This document shows, in pieces, positions 18,506 through 29,048 of a stretch of 64,000 nucleotides of DNA (within the stretch, counting starts at the first letter, position 1; each line of letters starts with the position of its first letter). The notes under the pieces are model-generated. The model searched no databases. It was given only the letters and a program-made list of their open reading frames with translations, and was not told the DNA's origin. The stretch is taken from positions 1 to 64,000 of the forward strand of contig CAMWQW010000006.1 of the NCBI GenBank assembly GCA_947176505.1, written 5' to 3'. The translations under genes and the position numbers were made by a program. This stretch comes from an uncultured Lachnospiraceae bacterium. GTDB lineage: Bacteria; Bacillota; Clostridia; Lachnospirales; Lachnospiraceae.

Positions 18506-20547
18506 TATGCTGTCACCATCCCAACAGACTGTAATTCAATATTTGATTCCACTTCATTGTAAGACACAACAACCAAGTCTTTAAAATAATCCTCTGTCAA
18601 TTTCTTGAAATATACTCTCACAATCGGAGATGTGATTACAAGAGGCATCTTACCCAAATCCTCCAGTTTCTTTGTCTCCGTACCTACAGAATCCATGATT
18701 GCCTTTGTCTTATTCGGGTCAAGCGTCAGATAAGCTCCCTGTTCGGTCTGCTTCACACTGGACATAATTTCCTGCTCCAGCTTCGGATCAAGGGTTACTA
18801 CGCTGGTTGTCTCGTTAGAGAGGAAGAACTTATTGGATATCGCCCTCTTAAGACTCTGTCTGACGTATTCTGTCAAAATATCGGTATCTCTCGTTGTCGT
18901 CGCATAATCCGCAAGCGTTTCAAATATTGTAAGCAAATCTCTGATAGAAATGCCTTCCCGCAGAAGGTTCTGCAATACTTTCTGTATTTCTCCCAGTCCA
19001 AGCAGCTTGGGTACCAATTCCTCCACCAGAGAAGGATTGGATTCCCTTAAGTTGTTGACCAGATTCTGTACATCCTGTCTGGTTAAAAGCTCTGCTATGT
19101 ACTGTCTTATAATCTCAGTCAGATGCGTCGCTATAATCGATGGCGGATCAACTACGGTATATCCCATACTCTCCGCACGCTCTCTCTGACCTTCCGTAAT
19201 CCAGATAGCCGGCAGATGGAAGGACGGTTCAAAAGTCGGAATACCGGTAATCTCTTCTTCAACATATCCGGGATTCATCGCCATATAATGGTCAAAAAGT
19301 ATCTCGCCCTCACTAACCTGTACGCCTTTGATTTTAATAATATATTGGTTCGGATTCAACTGTATGTTATCACGCAGACGGATAATCGGCACAACGGTAC
19401 CAAGTTCCAAAGCAATCTGGCGTCTGATCATAACGACACGGTCTAACAGGTCACCGCCTTGATTGACATCCGCAAGCGGAATGATACCGTAACCAAACTC
19501 AAGCTCAATCGGGTCAACCTGTAAAAGCGAGGTGACATTCTCCGGCTGCCTGATTTCTTCAGCTGCCGCCTCCTCTTCGTCCGCCTCGTGTTCAATCTCC
19601 GCCGTCTCGATAGTGCCTGCCATAACCCTGCCGGCTACAATAAATACCATGCCTAATCCTACGAATATCACAGTATTAAGAGGCGTAATAACACCCAGCG
19701 CAGCAATAACCGCACCAACCAGATAAAGCACCTTCGGTACACCGAATAACTGCCCGATCAACACCGTACCGAAATCGGCATCTTTCGAACCTTTCGTCAC
19801 CAGAATACCCGTAGACAATGAGATAAGCAATGACGGAATCTGGCTGACCAGACCATCACCAATGGTCAAAATTGTAAACTGCGAAAGAGCATCGTTTAAC
19901 TCCATGCCCTGCCGCAATACTCCCATCGCAATACCGCCCACAATATTTATGAGTGTGATGAGCAGACCTGCCGTGGCATCTCCCTTTACATATTTCACGG
20001 CACCGTCCATAGAGCCAAAGAAGCTTGCCTCTTCCTGAATCTTCTCACGGCGTTTCTTAGCTTCCGCGTCACTGATTGCCCCCGTATTCAAATCGGCGTC
20101 AATCGCCATCTGTTTACCCGGCATAGCGTCCAGCGTGAATCTGGCTGTAACCTCAGCAACACGCTCAGAACCCTTGTTGATAATCATAAACTGTACAATA
20201 ATCAAAATAACAAATACAATACAGCCAACAATGATATCATTACCACCTACATATTCGCCGAATGTCCGAACTACGTTACCGGGATCGCCGGTCGTCAAAA
20301 TCAATTTGGTGGAAGAAACATTCAGCGCGATTCTGAATATCGTAGTAAACAACAGAATCGTCGGGAAATAGGACATGTTCAGAACTTCATTAGCAAACAT
20401 ACAACTGAACATAACCGTAAATGCTACCGCAATATTACATGCCAACAGCAGATCGAGAAGCCCCGCTTTAACCGGCACAATCAACATGATAAACGCTGCA
20501 AGCACGTATGCAACTACCCCAATATCCGCCGTTTTCAGTTTTCCCAT
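18505..20547 (-). CDS. flhA: flagellar export apparatus protein FlhA
   Basis: Start MGKLKTADIG after AGGAGG, moved from the track's start 17 codons upstream (20598). Conserved FHIPEP TM region and C-terminal cytoplasmic domain. Confidence 0.93.
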   Translation of the reverse strand: MGKLKTADIGVVAYVLAAFIMLIVPVKAGLLDLLLACNIAVAFTVMFSCMFANEVLNMSYFPTILLFTTIFRIALNVSSTKLILTTGDPGNVVRTFGEYVGGNDIIVGCIVFVILIIVQFMIINKGSERVAEVTARFTLDAMPGKQMAIDADLNTGAISDAEAKKRREKIQEEASFFGSMDGAVKYVKGDATAGLLITLINIVGGIAMGVLRQGMELNDALSQFTILTIGDGLVSQIPSLLISLSTGILVTKGSKDADFGTVLIGQLFGVPKVLYLVGAVIAALGVITPLNTVIFVGLGMVFIVAGRVMAGTIETAEIEHEADEEEAAAEEIRQPENVTSLLQVDPIELEFGYGIIPLADVNQGGDLLDRVVMIRRQIALELGTVVPIIRLRDNIQLNPNQYIIKIKGVQVSEGEILFDHYMAMNPGYVEEEITGIPTFEPSFHLPAIWITEGQRERAESMGYTVVDPPSIIATHLTEIIRQYIAELLTRQDVQNLVNNLRESNPSLVEELVPKLLGLGEIQKVLQNLLREGISIRDLLTIFETLADYATTTRDTDILTEYVRQSLKRAISNKFFLSNETTSVVTLDPKLEQEIMSSVKQTEQGAYLTLDPNKTKAIMDSVGTETKKLEDLGKMPLVITSPIVRVYFKKLTEDYFKDLVVVSYNEVESNIELQSVGMVTA

Positions 20548-20624
20548 GACCGTTTCCTCCTTTCCTGTTATATTTTTTCTCAACTTGGAAAAATGCACTC
20601 TTTGCGCACTCTTTCAGACATATC

Positions 20625-21737
20625 CTATACTTTACCCTGCAAATGATATACGAAGGCAAGTACTTCCGCCACTGCCTGATATAATTCCGGCGGAACAACG
20701 CTGCCCACATCTACATTGGCATACAGCATACGGGCAAGCGGTTTATTCTCTACAATCTCAATATGATTTTCTTTTGCAGTTTCCTTAATCCTCTGTGCCA
20801 AATAATCTGCACCCTTCGCTACAACATAGGGCGCATCATACATCTGCGGATCATACTTGATTGCCACCGCAAAATGCGTCGGGTTGGTAATAACCACATC
20901 CGCCTGCGGAAGCGCCTGCATCATACGACGCCTTGATGCTTCCTGCATACGCTGACGCTGCTTGCCCTTAATCTGCGGATCACCTTCCTGATTCTTATAC
21001 TCGTCTTTTACTTCCTGCTTCGTCATTTTCATGTCATTTTTAAATTTCCACTTTTGATAAATGTAATCAAGCAGTGCAATGATCATGTAAAATAGCGAGA
21101 TGCGAATTCCAAGGTTCACAACTATCCTACCAGCCTGTATGATTCCCTGATTTAAAGAAAAGTCATAAAATTGGTACAGCGGAGGCATATTTTTCTTCAA
21201 ATAAGAATAGACAACATATCCTACCAGTCCAATTTTAAGAAGCGATTTTACCAGCTCCACCAGTGAATTAGGCGAAAAAATCCGCTTAAAACCACTGACC
21301 GGATTCAATTTGTTAAACTTAGGCTGCAACGGTTTTGTAGTCGGCTTCCATTTCACCTGTACCACATTCGTCAGAAATGATACCAGAAAACCGATCAGAA
21401 GAAACGGAGCTAATATAAGCAGCACCCTTGCCATTGCACGGACAAAAAGCATATTGATTGTCTGCTCCTGTATATTACCGTCATACATCTTAATATATTC
21501 CGGAATCTGGGAATAAATATCGCGCATATTACCTACGAAAAAGGTACCCATATATTCCACCCAGAAGTAAATCAACAGAAAGAAAACCAGCAATTCAAAT
21601 GCATTGGTAACTTCCTTGCTCTTGGCAACCTGCCCTTCTTTACGGGCATCCTCCAGCTTTTTGGAAGTAGGGTCTTCTGTTTTCTCTCCGCCGGGTCCGT
21701 CCTTGGCAAAGAACTGGAGATTATACTCTAGTATCAC
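20625..21737 (-). CDS. flhB: flagellar export apparatus protein FlhB
   Basis: 370 aa; N-terminal LQFFAKDGPGGEKTEDPTSKKLEDARKEGQVAKSKEV and an NPTH autocleavage site (VVITNPTHFAVAIKY); GTG start with GGAGGGG RBS. Confidence 0.9.
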   Translation of the reverse strand: MILEYNLQFFAKDGPGGEKTEDPTSKKLEDARKEGQVAKSKEVTNAFELLVFFLLIYFWVEYMGTFFVGNMRDIYSQIPEYIKMYDGNIQEQTINMLFVRAMARVLLILAPFLLIGFLVSFLTNVVQVKWKPTTKPLQPKFNKLNPVSGFKRIFSPNSLVELVKSLLKIGLVGYVVYSYLKKNMPPLYQFYDFSLNQGIIQAGRIVVNLGIRISLFYMIIALLDYIYQKWKFKNDMKMTKQEVKDEYKNQEGDPQIKGKQRQRMQEASRRRMMQALPQADVVITNPTHFAVAIKYDPQMYDAPYVVAKGADYLAQRIKETAKENHIEIVENKPLARMLYANVDVGSVVPPELYQAVAEVLAFVYHLQGKV

Positions 21738-22525
21738 ATCATCCCCTCCACAAAAGATACAATCATCTTCTTCATCTCCACGGACACATAATCTGCCGCG
21801 GCAGGAAGCATTCTGGCAGTCAGAAATATGATTCCGATTCCCACCAGCACCTTAAGCTGCATACCTACCGCAAACATATTGAGCTGCGGAGATACTTTCG
21901 CCAAAACGCCGAGAACTGCATTCAGTAATATCATCGTGCAGAAAATCGGAAGAATAATGCGAAATCCGATGGCGATATAATCTCCCAAAAACATCACAAC
22001 CGATTCCAGCAAAGACTCCGATTTAAATATTGCCCCGTTGACGGGAATCAATGTAAAACTATCGATAAGCGCACGTAACAGATACTGATACATGCCGGTT
22101 ATTATCATATATAATGTAAAAAAATATTGGTAAAACACACCGGTAAAGGTTGCCTGCTGTCTGGTCGTCGGATCCATCAACGACACCATGGATATACCTA
22201 TCTCCATATCTGCAATGCTTCCGGCAAAAGAAGTCACTGTAGTACATATCTGGGCACCCCACCCAATCAAAAATCCTGTCAGCGCTTCCTTCATAACAAC
22301 AACCGCATATCCCACTACTGTGTTATATACAACCACGTTATGGTCCACTGCGGCATAGACCAGATATGCCAGAAAAATACTAAATCCCACCTTCACCCTG
22401 CGTGGCACGCCATTCATTGAAAAAAAGGGCGCCGAGTAAACAAAACAGGTGATCCGTACCAGAATCAGTAAAAAATATTCTAAATCTGCATAACTAAAAG
22501 TAAAATTGATCATGCCGTCACTCAC
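21734..22525 (-). CDS. fliR: flagellar export apparatus protein FliR
   Basis: 263 aa polytopic membrane protein in the fliPQR position. The start is ambiguous between GTG 22525 and ATG 22513. Confidence 0.85.
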   Translation of the reverse strand: MSDGMINFTFSYADLEYFLLILVRITCFVYSAPFFSMNGVPRRVKVGFSIFLAYLVYAAVDHNVVVYNTVVGYAVVVMKEALTGFLIGWGAQICTTVTSFAGSIADMEIGISMVSLMDPTTRQQATFTGVFYQYFFTLYMIITGMYQYLLRALIDSFTLIPVNGAIFKSESLLESVVMFLGDYIAIGFRIILPIFCTMILLNAVLGVLAKVSPQLNMFAVGMQLKVLVGIGIIFLTARMLPAAADYVSVEMKKMIVSFVEGMM

Positions 22526-22527
22526 TC

Positions 22528-22797
22528 TTATCTGATGTAAGCACCGAAATCAGACCATAAACTCACCATAAACTCTATCATATTATTCATAATCCAATGC
22601 CCCATAAGAATCAATGCCAAAAAAATGGCAAGTATCTTCGGCACGAAGGTAAGCGTCTGCTCCTGAATAGAGGTGACTGTCTGAAAAATACTGATAATCA
22701 AACCAACACACAAAGACACAAGCAAAAGCGGCGCCGCACATTTGATAATTGTAAATATAGCCGTCTCTGCAATGGCAGTGATGTCATCTATTGTCAT
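22528..22797 (-). CDS. fliQ: flagellar export apparatus protein FliQ
   Basis: 89 aa, two TM segments, typical FliQ. Confidence 0.9.
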   Translation of the reverse strand: MTIDDITAIAETAIFTIIKCAAPLLLVSLCVGLIISIFQTVTSIQEQTLTFVPKILAIFLALILMGHWIMNNMIEFMVSLWSDFGAYIR

Positions 22798-22815
22798 ATT
22801 CTCCTCCGCTTTCTG

Positions 22816-23697
22816 TTACCAGTAAAAACTATCTACCAATCCTTTAATAATCAGATACCAACCGTCCGCCAGCACAAAGAGTAAAATCTTAAATGGCATG
22901 GAGATTGTTGTAGGCGGCAGCATCATCATACCCATACTCATAAGAGTTGATGCAACTACCATATCGATTACAATAAACGGTATATATATCAAAAACCCGA
23001 TAATAAATGCATATCGAAGTTCACTGATGATAAAACTCGGTACCAGCACACTCATCGGTATCTCATCCAGCTCTCCGCTCCACTCCAGACGGCTGATATC
23101 CATAAACAGACCAACATCCTTCTTAAGTGTCTGCTTATACATAAATGTTCTAATCGGAGCTGCCGCCTTCGTAATCGCTTCTTCCTCGTTCAGTTCACCC
23201 GCCTCATAAGGTACCACCGCTTCCGTGTAGATTGACGTAAGCGTCGGCTGCATGATAAAGAACGTCAAAAAGAGCGCAATACCTATCAACACTGTGTTAG
23301 GCGGCGCCGTCTGTGTATTAAGAGCCTGCCTCGTAAAATGCAGAACAATAATAATTCTGGTAAACGAGGTCATCATGATAATCAGTGTCGGTGCAATAGC
23401 AATAAGAGTAAGTATCATCAGAATGCGCAAAGCGCCATTCACGCTGCCGTTGCCATCGCCGTACGTAATCGTCACCGTATTGGCTATATTCAATTCTGCG
23501 AGATCATCGGCATTCTCTGATGTCCCCGGCGCTCGTTCATTCGTCCGCTCCTCCGTAGTTCCCGTAAGATTAGACTCTCTATAAGGAGTGTCCGCCGCTG
23601 CCAGTGCTGTTGCTTTCTGGCTAAGACACAATATGCCTGCCATTAACAGCAGGCATACTAATTTTGCCAAATGATATCCGGAAAAAAACTTTTTCAT
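22816..23697 (-). CDS. fliP: flagellar export apparatus protein FliP with a long N-terminal signal and pro-region
   Basis: 293 aa; conserved core ILMILTLIAIAPTLIIMMTSFTRIIIVLHFTRQALN. Confidence 0.9.
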   Translation of the reverse strand: MKKFFSGYHLAKLVCLLLMAGILCLSQKATALAAADTPYRESNLTGTTEERTNERAPGTSENADDLAELNIANTVTITYGDGNGSVNGALRILMILTLIAIAPTLIIMMTSFTRIIIVLHFTRQALNTQTAPPNTVLIGIALFLTFFIMQPTLTSIYTEAVVPYEAGELNEEEAITKAAAPIRTFMYKQTLKKDVGLFMDISRLEWSGELDEIPMSVLVPSFIISELRYAFIIGFLIYIPFIVIDMVVASTLMSMGMMMLPPTTISMPFKILLFVLADGWYLIIKGLVDSFYW

Positions 23698-24077
23698 TCG
23701 TCTCGCCCATCTTCTTTTTCCAGAAAATTCTTTTTTTGTAATTTCTCCAAAATATCTTTAAATCCTTGTCCTTTAGAAAGATTTTTATCAGAGAAAATTA
23801 AATCCTGTTCAGGAATCTCTGTTAACATTGTAACAGTATCTTTACAAATTGCTACCGCCAAATATTTCCTTCCTACTCGTACAATTTGGATGTATTTATT
23901 GTTAGAGAGCCTGATTGTATCCAGAATCTCCATATTGGCGTTAACATTCTGACTTTTCTGATATCCCGCTGTCCATTTTGTGACCCAGTATGTAATCACA
24001 AGCACAAACAGGAACAGAATAAGTACCGTCATAAACTGTACATAAGAATCAACACTCTTTGATACAGTAAGTATCAT
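23694..24077 (-). CDS. fliO: FliO/FliZ-like flagellar biosynthesis protein
   Basis: 127 aa, single TM (VLILFLFVLVITYWV), located between cheY and fliP as in B. subtilis fliZ. Confidence 0.6.
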   Translation of the reverse strand: MILTVSKSVDSYVQFMTVLILFLFVLVITYWVTKWTAGYQKSQNVNANMEILDTIRLSNNKYIQIVRVGRKYLAVAICKDTVTMLTEIPEQDLIFSDKNLSKGQGFKDILEKLQKKNFLEKEDGRDE

Positions 24078-24439
24078 TATCCCACTACCTTCTTAACAGC
24101 CTCTAATACACGGTCTGCTTGGAAAGGCTTCACGATAAAGTCCTTGGCGCCGGACTGAATGGATTCAATAACCATAGCCTGCTGTCCCATTGCCGAACAC
24201 ATAATAATCATTGCACCGGGATCTGTTTCCTTAATTTTCTTCAGCGCCTGAATACCATCCATCTCGGGCATCGTGATATCCATCAATACCAAATCGGGTT
24301 TTAATTCGTTGTATTTCTCGACAGCCTTGGCACCGTTCTCGGCTTCCCCGGCTACATTATACCCGTTCTTAGTCAAGATGTCCTTGATCATCATACGCAT
24401 GAATGCTGCATCATCACATATTAAAATATTTTTTGCCAT
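24077..24439 (-). CDS. cheY: chemotaxis response regulator CheY
   Basis: 120 aa; DD...D(LVLMDITMP)...K(DFIVKPF) receiver residues. Confidence 0.9.
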   Translation of the reverse strand: MAKNILICDDAAFMRMMIKDILTKNGYNVAGEAENGAKAVEKYNELKPDLVLMDITMPEMDGIQALKKIKETDPGAMIIMCSAMGQQAMVIESIQSGAKDFIVKPFQADRVLEAVKKVVG

Positions 24440-24459
24440 CTTTCTTCTCCTATCATATT

Positions 24460-25782
24460 TTATTTGATAATTTCAGTTACACGAACACCAAAGCTTTCTT
24501 CTATTACAACTACTTCACCCTTTGCAACAAATTTACCATTCACCAATACGTCAATCGGCTCACCGGCAATCTTATCAAGTTCAATAATCGTACCCGGCGC
24601 AAAATCTAATATATCCGAAATAGATTTAGACGTTCTGCCAAGTTCTACCGTAACTTCCAACGGCACATCTTTAATCAGTGTAATATTCTCCTGCGGCTGT
24701 GCCGGATTGAAATCGGTAGAAAAACTCTGAAACTGCGCTGGCTGTATATTCATATTAGGCTGCATCTGCGGCATCATCTGCATCTGCGGCATCATTTGCA
24801 TTTGTGGCATCATTTGCATCTGCGGCATACCCATCATTCCCATCTGACTCATATCCATTTGTGGCGCTGCCATTTGTGGCGCCATCTGCGGTGTTCCCAT
24901 TTGCGGCGCCGCCATCTGCGGTGCGGGCGTCGGTGTCGGCGTCGGTGTCGGCGATGCCTGTGGTGCAGGCGCCGGTTCTGTTTCACCCAATTGGTTCTTT
25001 AAGAAAGTATCGCATAATTCTTTCGCAAAGTCTATAGGGTACAGCTGCATAATTGTAGAATCGACCAAATCATCAATCTGCATCCTAAATGCAATTTTGA
25101 CAAAATCTCCCTCCAAGAAAGGAGCTATATCACCACCGGATTTGAAAGCAGTCAAATCTACCAGACTTGCATCCGGAGGGCTGATATCAATCATCTTACC
25201 AAGCATCGTAGAAAGAGATGTTGCCGAAGAACCCATCATCTGATTCATCGCTTCAGAGATTGCACTTAAATGCAGTTCTCCTAATTCTCCGTCTATGTTG
25301 CTTCCGTCTCCACCCATCATAAGATCGGTGATAACCTTAACATCATGTTCTTTTAATACAAGGATATTGGAACCATCCAGACCTACCGTATATTTAATTT
25401 GAATAAATACACACGGCTTTTCATAATCCTGCAGTACGCTCGCCCATCTTGCTATTGTAACAACAGGTGTCGTAATATTAACCTTACGGTTAACAAGCGA
25501 GTACAGTGTTGTAGCCGAGGAACCCATACTGATATTGGCAACCTCGCCAATTGCATCCTTCTCTATTTCTGTCAGGAGTGAACTATCCGGTTCACCCTCG
25601 GCTGAAGGTGCAGATGCCGCCGGTGCGTCTGATGCTGCCGGTGCCTCAGACGCTGTCGGCGTCTCAGGCGCTGCTGGCGTCTCAGGTACAACCGGTTCTT
25701 CCGGTGCACTTCCGGCATCGCTTGGTGCATCCATACCGCTCAAGAGTGCATTTATTTCATCTTGTGATAACATTCCGTCCAT
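24460..25782 (-). CDS. fliY: flagellar motor switch phosphatase FliY (CheC-like and FliN domains) with a Q/M/P-rich repeat linker
   Basis: 440 aa; N-terminal MDGMLSQDEINALLSG, CheC-like middle, C-terminal FliN/SpoA domain (VPLEVTVELGRTSKSISDILDF...VLVNGKFVAKGEVVV). Confidence 0.85.
   Translation of the reverse strand: MDGMLSQDEINALLSGMDAPSDAGSAPEEPVVPETPAAPETPTASEAPAASDAPAASAPSAEGEPDSSLLTEIEKDAIGEVANISMGSSATTLYSLVNRKVNITTPVVTIARWASVLQDYEKPCVFIQIKYTVGLDGSNILVLKEHDVKVITDLMMGGDGSNIDGELGELHLSAISEAMNQMMGSSATSLSTMLGKMIDISPPDASLVDLTAFKSGGDIAPFLEGDFVKIAFRMQIDDLVDSTIMQLYPIDFAKELCDTFLKNQLGETEPAPAPQASPTPTPTPTPAPQMAAPQMGTPQMAPQMAAPQMDMSQMGMMGMPQMQMMPQMQMMPQMQMMPQMQPNMNIQPAQFQSFSTDFNPAQPQENITLIKDVPLEVTVELGRTSKSISDILDFAPGTIIELDKIAGEPIDVLVNGKFVAKGEVVVIEESFGVRVTEIIK
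24730..24960 (-). repeat. imperfect tandem repeats of about 21 nt (catctgcggcatcatctgcat...) encoding (P)QM(Q)MM and APQM repeats in FliY
   Basis: The repeated DNA is visible in the sequence and translates to MAAPQMGTPQMAPQMAAPQMDMSQMGMMGMPQMQMMPQMQMMPQMQMMPQMQ. Confidence 0.8.
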
Positions 25783-25786
25783 GCCT

Positions 25787-26767
25787 CTACTCCCCCTCTC
25801 TAATTACCGACGTTACTCGCACAGCATATTTATCCTTGCTGGAACCCGGTAATGCGGTGAATTTCTTGATATTACCGACATATACCTTCAAATCCTGTTC
25901 TATATCGGTATCTAATCGTATGATATCTCCGAGCTGTAAATTGACAAAATCGTTTACGGAAATTCTTGTCTTGCCAAGTACTGCCTTCACCGGAACATCT
26001 ACTCTCTTGATCAATGCTTCGATATACTCCTCGAAATCTTCTTCCTTCTGTTCCTGCATGTTAGCATACCAGTATTTCGTATTCAGCTTATCCATGACAG
26101 TTTCCAGAGTAAAGAATGGGAGACATATATTCATGAAGCCTTCCACTTCGCCGATTTTCATATTCAGCGTAACAATAGCAATCATATCATTTGGCGCTAT
26201 AACCTGTGCAAACTGAGAATTTGTCTCAATTCTTTCCATCACAGGATTCAAATCCACCACATTCTTCCACGGCTCGCGCATAAGCTGCATGCACACCACC
26301 ATCATTTTCTCTATGATTGTCATCTCAATCTCTGTAAAATCTCTGTTCTTATCAAGCGGCTCTCCGCTTCCACCCAGCATCCTATCTATCATAGCATATC
26401 CAAGCTGTGTTGCCAATTCAATCAATATCGTACCGCCAAGCGGTTGAAAATTGACAATTCCCAAGATAACCGGATTAGAAAGAGCATTGGTAAACTCTGA
26501 GAAAATAACCGTCTCAGAACTTGCCACGGAAATCTGTATGTTCTTTCTAAGATATATCGGAAGACTGGTAGACAGCAAACGCCCGTAATGCTCATATATA
26601 ATCTCCAGTGTTCGCAGATGTTCCTTTGAGAACTTAGTAGGACGCTTGAAGTCATAGTTCTTCACCTGCTTATCACTGTTGTCATTCATATCCTCTGCGT
26701 CAATTTCGCCGCTGCTCAGTGCGGCGAGCAGATTGTCAATCTCATTTTGAGATAGTACCTCTCCCAC
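25787..26767 (-). CDS. fliM: flagellar motor switch protein FliM
   Basis: 326 aa; N-terminal CheY-binding LSQNEIDNLL motif; GTG start with AGGAGGTGAA RBS. Confidence 0.9.
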   Translation of the reverse strand: MGEVLSQNEIDNLLAALSSGEIDAEDMNDNSDKQVKNYDFKRPTKFSKEHLRTLEIIYEHYGRLLSTSLPIYLRKNIQISVASSETVIFSEFTNALSNPVILGIVNFQPLGGTILIELATQLGYAMIDRMLGGSGEPLDKNRDFTEIEMTIIEKMMVVCMQLMREPWKNVVDLNPVMERIETNSQFAQVIAPNDMIAIVTLNMKIGEVEGFMNICLPFFTLETVMDKLNTKYWYANMQEQKEEDFEEYIEALIKRVDVPVKAVLGKTRISVNDFVNLQLGDIIRLDTDIEQDLKVYVGNIKKFTALPGSSKDKYAVRVTSVIREGE

Positions 26768-26801
26768 GAAAGTTCACCTCCTGTGGCACTATTTAAGGAA
26801 A

Positions 26802-27344
26802 TTATTGAATCATAATGTCACTAAACGCCACATTAAAGATAAACTCGGACTCAAACATCTTCTGAATCCTCTCAAGTATCTCGGCTCTGATTTGATCCTG
26901 ATTGTTTCTCGCTTCATCTACCGTATACTGACCAACAATATCATTGATCTCACTCTTAATAAGACTTTCTCTGCTTTGCATTTCTTCATCCGATCCATAC
27001 GTTTTATAATCCTTATCCTTGGTATTCATGGACAGGGTAACAACCGCAATAAAGAAATGAGGGTCGCCGTCATTGCCTTCGGCATCCTGCTCTATCTTTA
27101 ACGGTATTGTCATCTTCTCAGAGATGTCATACGTTGCGATATCGGACATCGGAACAACTACCTCTTGTGCATCCTCTCCGTTTCCGTTCGCTTCCAACTC
27201 CAGATTAAGCGCTGTCGCAATGTTATCCACCAACGCAGCTGTCTTTCTTGAAGTGCCCGTTACACTGAACATCATGATTGCTGTTAATACGATATTCACA
27301 ATCAGAAGTGCCAGTATAACAATCGAAATCAAATTCTTCTTCAT
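26802..27344 (-). CDS. fliL: flagellar basal-body-associated protein FliL
   Basis: Start MKKNLISIVILALLIVNIVL (AAAGGAGA RBS), moved from 27383. Single TM plus a periplasmic domain. Confidence 0.8.
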   Translation of the reverse strand: MKKNLISIVILALLIVNIVLTAIMMFSVTGTSRKTAALVDNIATALNLELEANGNGEDAQEVVVPMSDIATYDISEKMTIPLKIEQDAEGNDGDPHFFIAVVTLSMNTKDKDYKTYGSDEEMQSRESLIKSEINDIVGQYTVDEARNNQDQIRAEILERIQKMFESEFIFNVAFSDIMIQ

Positions 27345-27431
27345 GACTGATTTTCTCCTTTTTACACTTTCTATCTTCCGCAATATATTCTATCACGCGA
27401 AATATTCATTGATATACCAAAATTCATCACT

Positions 27432-28238
27432 TTAGTATGAACTCAATGAATTATAGATCTTAATTTCTACACGGCGGTTCTTGGTTCTGCCCTCCGCAGT
27501 GGAATTATCTGCGACCGGCATATACTCACCTCTGCCCGAATGCTTCACTTCCGCGGGATCCAGACTGGTAACCGACAACAGATAATTAAATACTGATAAA
27601 GCTCTACCCGAACTCAATTCATCATTATTAGAGTACTTAGCGCCCGACATCGGTACATTATCCGTATGTCCTTCTATTTCTATCGTCCCTTCGGCATATC
27701 TTTCCAGAATCAAGCCGACCTGATCCAGCACCGGTTTTGCCTCTTCTTTGAGTTCAACGCTCCCGGAATCAAACAAAATTGCGCCTTTTAATGTCAACTG
27801 CACATACTGGGACGTGAATTCAATATCAATGTCGCTTGTCATATCCTTCTCAGCGATTGCTTCTTCAATCTTCTCGGCAAGCTCCTCAGATTCCTCCATC
27901 TGCGCTTCCTCTAACTGTTCCTGCGCAGCGGCTACATCGTCATCGACAACATCGCCTTCATTCATTTTACCCGTACTGTTAATATAATCATCCAGCTCAT
28001 TCAACTGGCTGACACCGTTACTGATTAACACACCATCCCCGATAGCGGATGCTCCCGCATCGAATACGGAAAACATCTGATTGAAGGATGCTACAATCGC
28101 TTCCTGTTTATCCTCATCAATACTAGACATCGCAAAAAGTAGCACAAAGAAGCAGAGCAGCAGGTTCATCAGATCGCTGAATGTTGCCATCCACGCTGGC
28201 GAGCCTTTCGGCGGTTCTTCAGGCTTCTTCTTAGCCAT
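27432..28238 (-). CDS. motB: flagellar stator protein MotB (OmpA-like C-terminus)
   Basis: Start MAKKKPEEPPKGSPAWMATFSDLMNLLLCFFVLLFAMS (plug and TM with the conserved Asp), GGAGGTG RBS, moved from 28289. C-terminal OmpA-like motif. Confidence 0.9.
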   Translation of the reverse strand: MAKKKPEEPPKGSPAWMATFSDLMNLLLCFFVLLFAMSSIDEDKQEAIVASFNQMFSVFDAGASAIGDGVLISNGVSQLNELDDYINSTGKMNEGDVVDDDVAAAQEQLEEAQMEESEELAEKIEEAIAEKDMTSDIDIEFTSQYVQLTLKGAILFDSGSVELKEEAKPVLDQVGLILERYAEGTIEIEGHTDNVPMSGAKYSNNDELSSGRALSVFNYLLSVTSLDPAEVKHSGRGEYMPVADNSTAEGRTKNRRVEIKIYNSLSSY

Positions 28239-29028
28239 CTGCTTCACCTCCGAGTTCATCGTTCGTGGCCTTCCTGTCGCCCGGTGCAAGGAAGGACTTC
28301 AACTTCTCTTCAATAACACGCGGATTTTCGCCCGCTTGAATTGACAGCAGTCCTTCAATCTCTATTTCTTTGACCATCATCTCTTCGTCATTCTTACCTT
28401 TCAGCTTCGTAGCTACCGGAGAACAAATCCAGTTTGCTAATACGGAACCGTAGAATGTCGTAACAAGAGCTGTCGCCATATTAGGACCGATGGAAGCAAA
28501 ATCAGACAAGTCTTTCAACATCAGAATCAGACCAATCAATGTACCAATCATACCCCATGCAGGACCCATGGCTCCCAAGTTCTCCCAGAAACCAATCTTC
28601 TCTTTATGTCGTCCTTCCACACTGGCTAGCTCTGTCTCCATAATCGCACGAACCAATTCAGGGTCGGTACCATCCACAACAAGCAGAATGCCTTTCTTCA
28701 GGAACTCGTCATCAATGTCCCCCGCAGCCTCTTCCAGAGAAAGCAAACCTTCTTTACGTGCAACATTAGAAAGATCAATAATTTTCTGAATGATCTCCGG
28801 AACATTCAAAACAGATTGTTTGAAAATCAATGTGAAGCTCTTCAAGCCACCCACAAAATTAGGCAAGGAGTAACTCGCAAGAATACACATAAATGCACCA
28901 CCAAATGTAACAAGCGCTGACGGTGCGTGGAGAAAGCTTGTTACTACAGAAAAACTCTTACCAAACACCATACCGAAGATCATCAACGCCAAACATGCCA
29001 ATAAGCCGATAATCGAAGCTATATCCAT
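28231..29028 (-). CDS. motA: flagellar stator protein MotA
   Basis: 265 aa, 4 TM; typical MotA. Confidence 0.9.
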   Translation of the reverse strand: MDIASIIGLLACLALMIFGMVFGKSFSVVTSFLHAPSALVTFGGAFMCILASYSLPNFVGGLKSFTLIFKQSVLNVPEIIQKIIDLSNVARKEGLLSLEEAAGDIDDEFLKKGILLVVDGTDPELVRAIMETELASVEGRHKEKIGFWENLGAMGPAWGMIGTLIGLILMLKDLSDFASIGPNMATALVTTFYGSVLANWICSPVATKLKGKNDEEMMVKEIEIEGLLSIQAGENPRVIEEKLKSFLAPGDRKATNDELGGEADG

Positions 29029-29048
29029 CTGTACTCACCCGTTTTACA

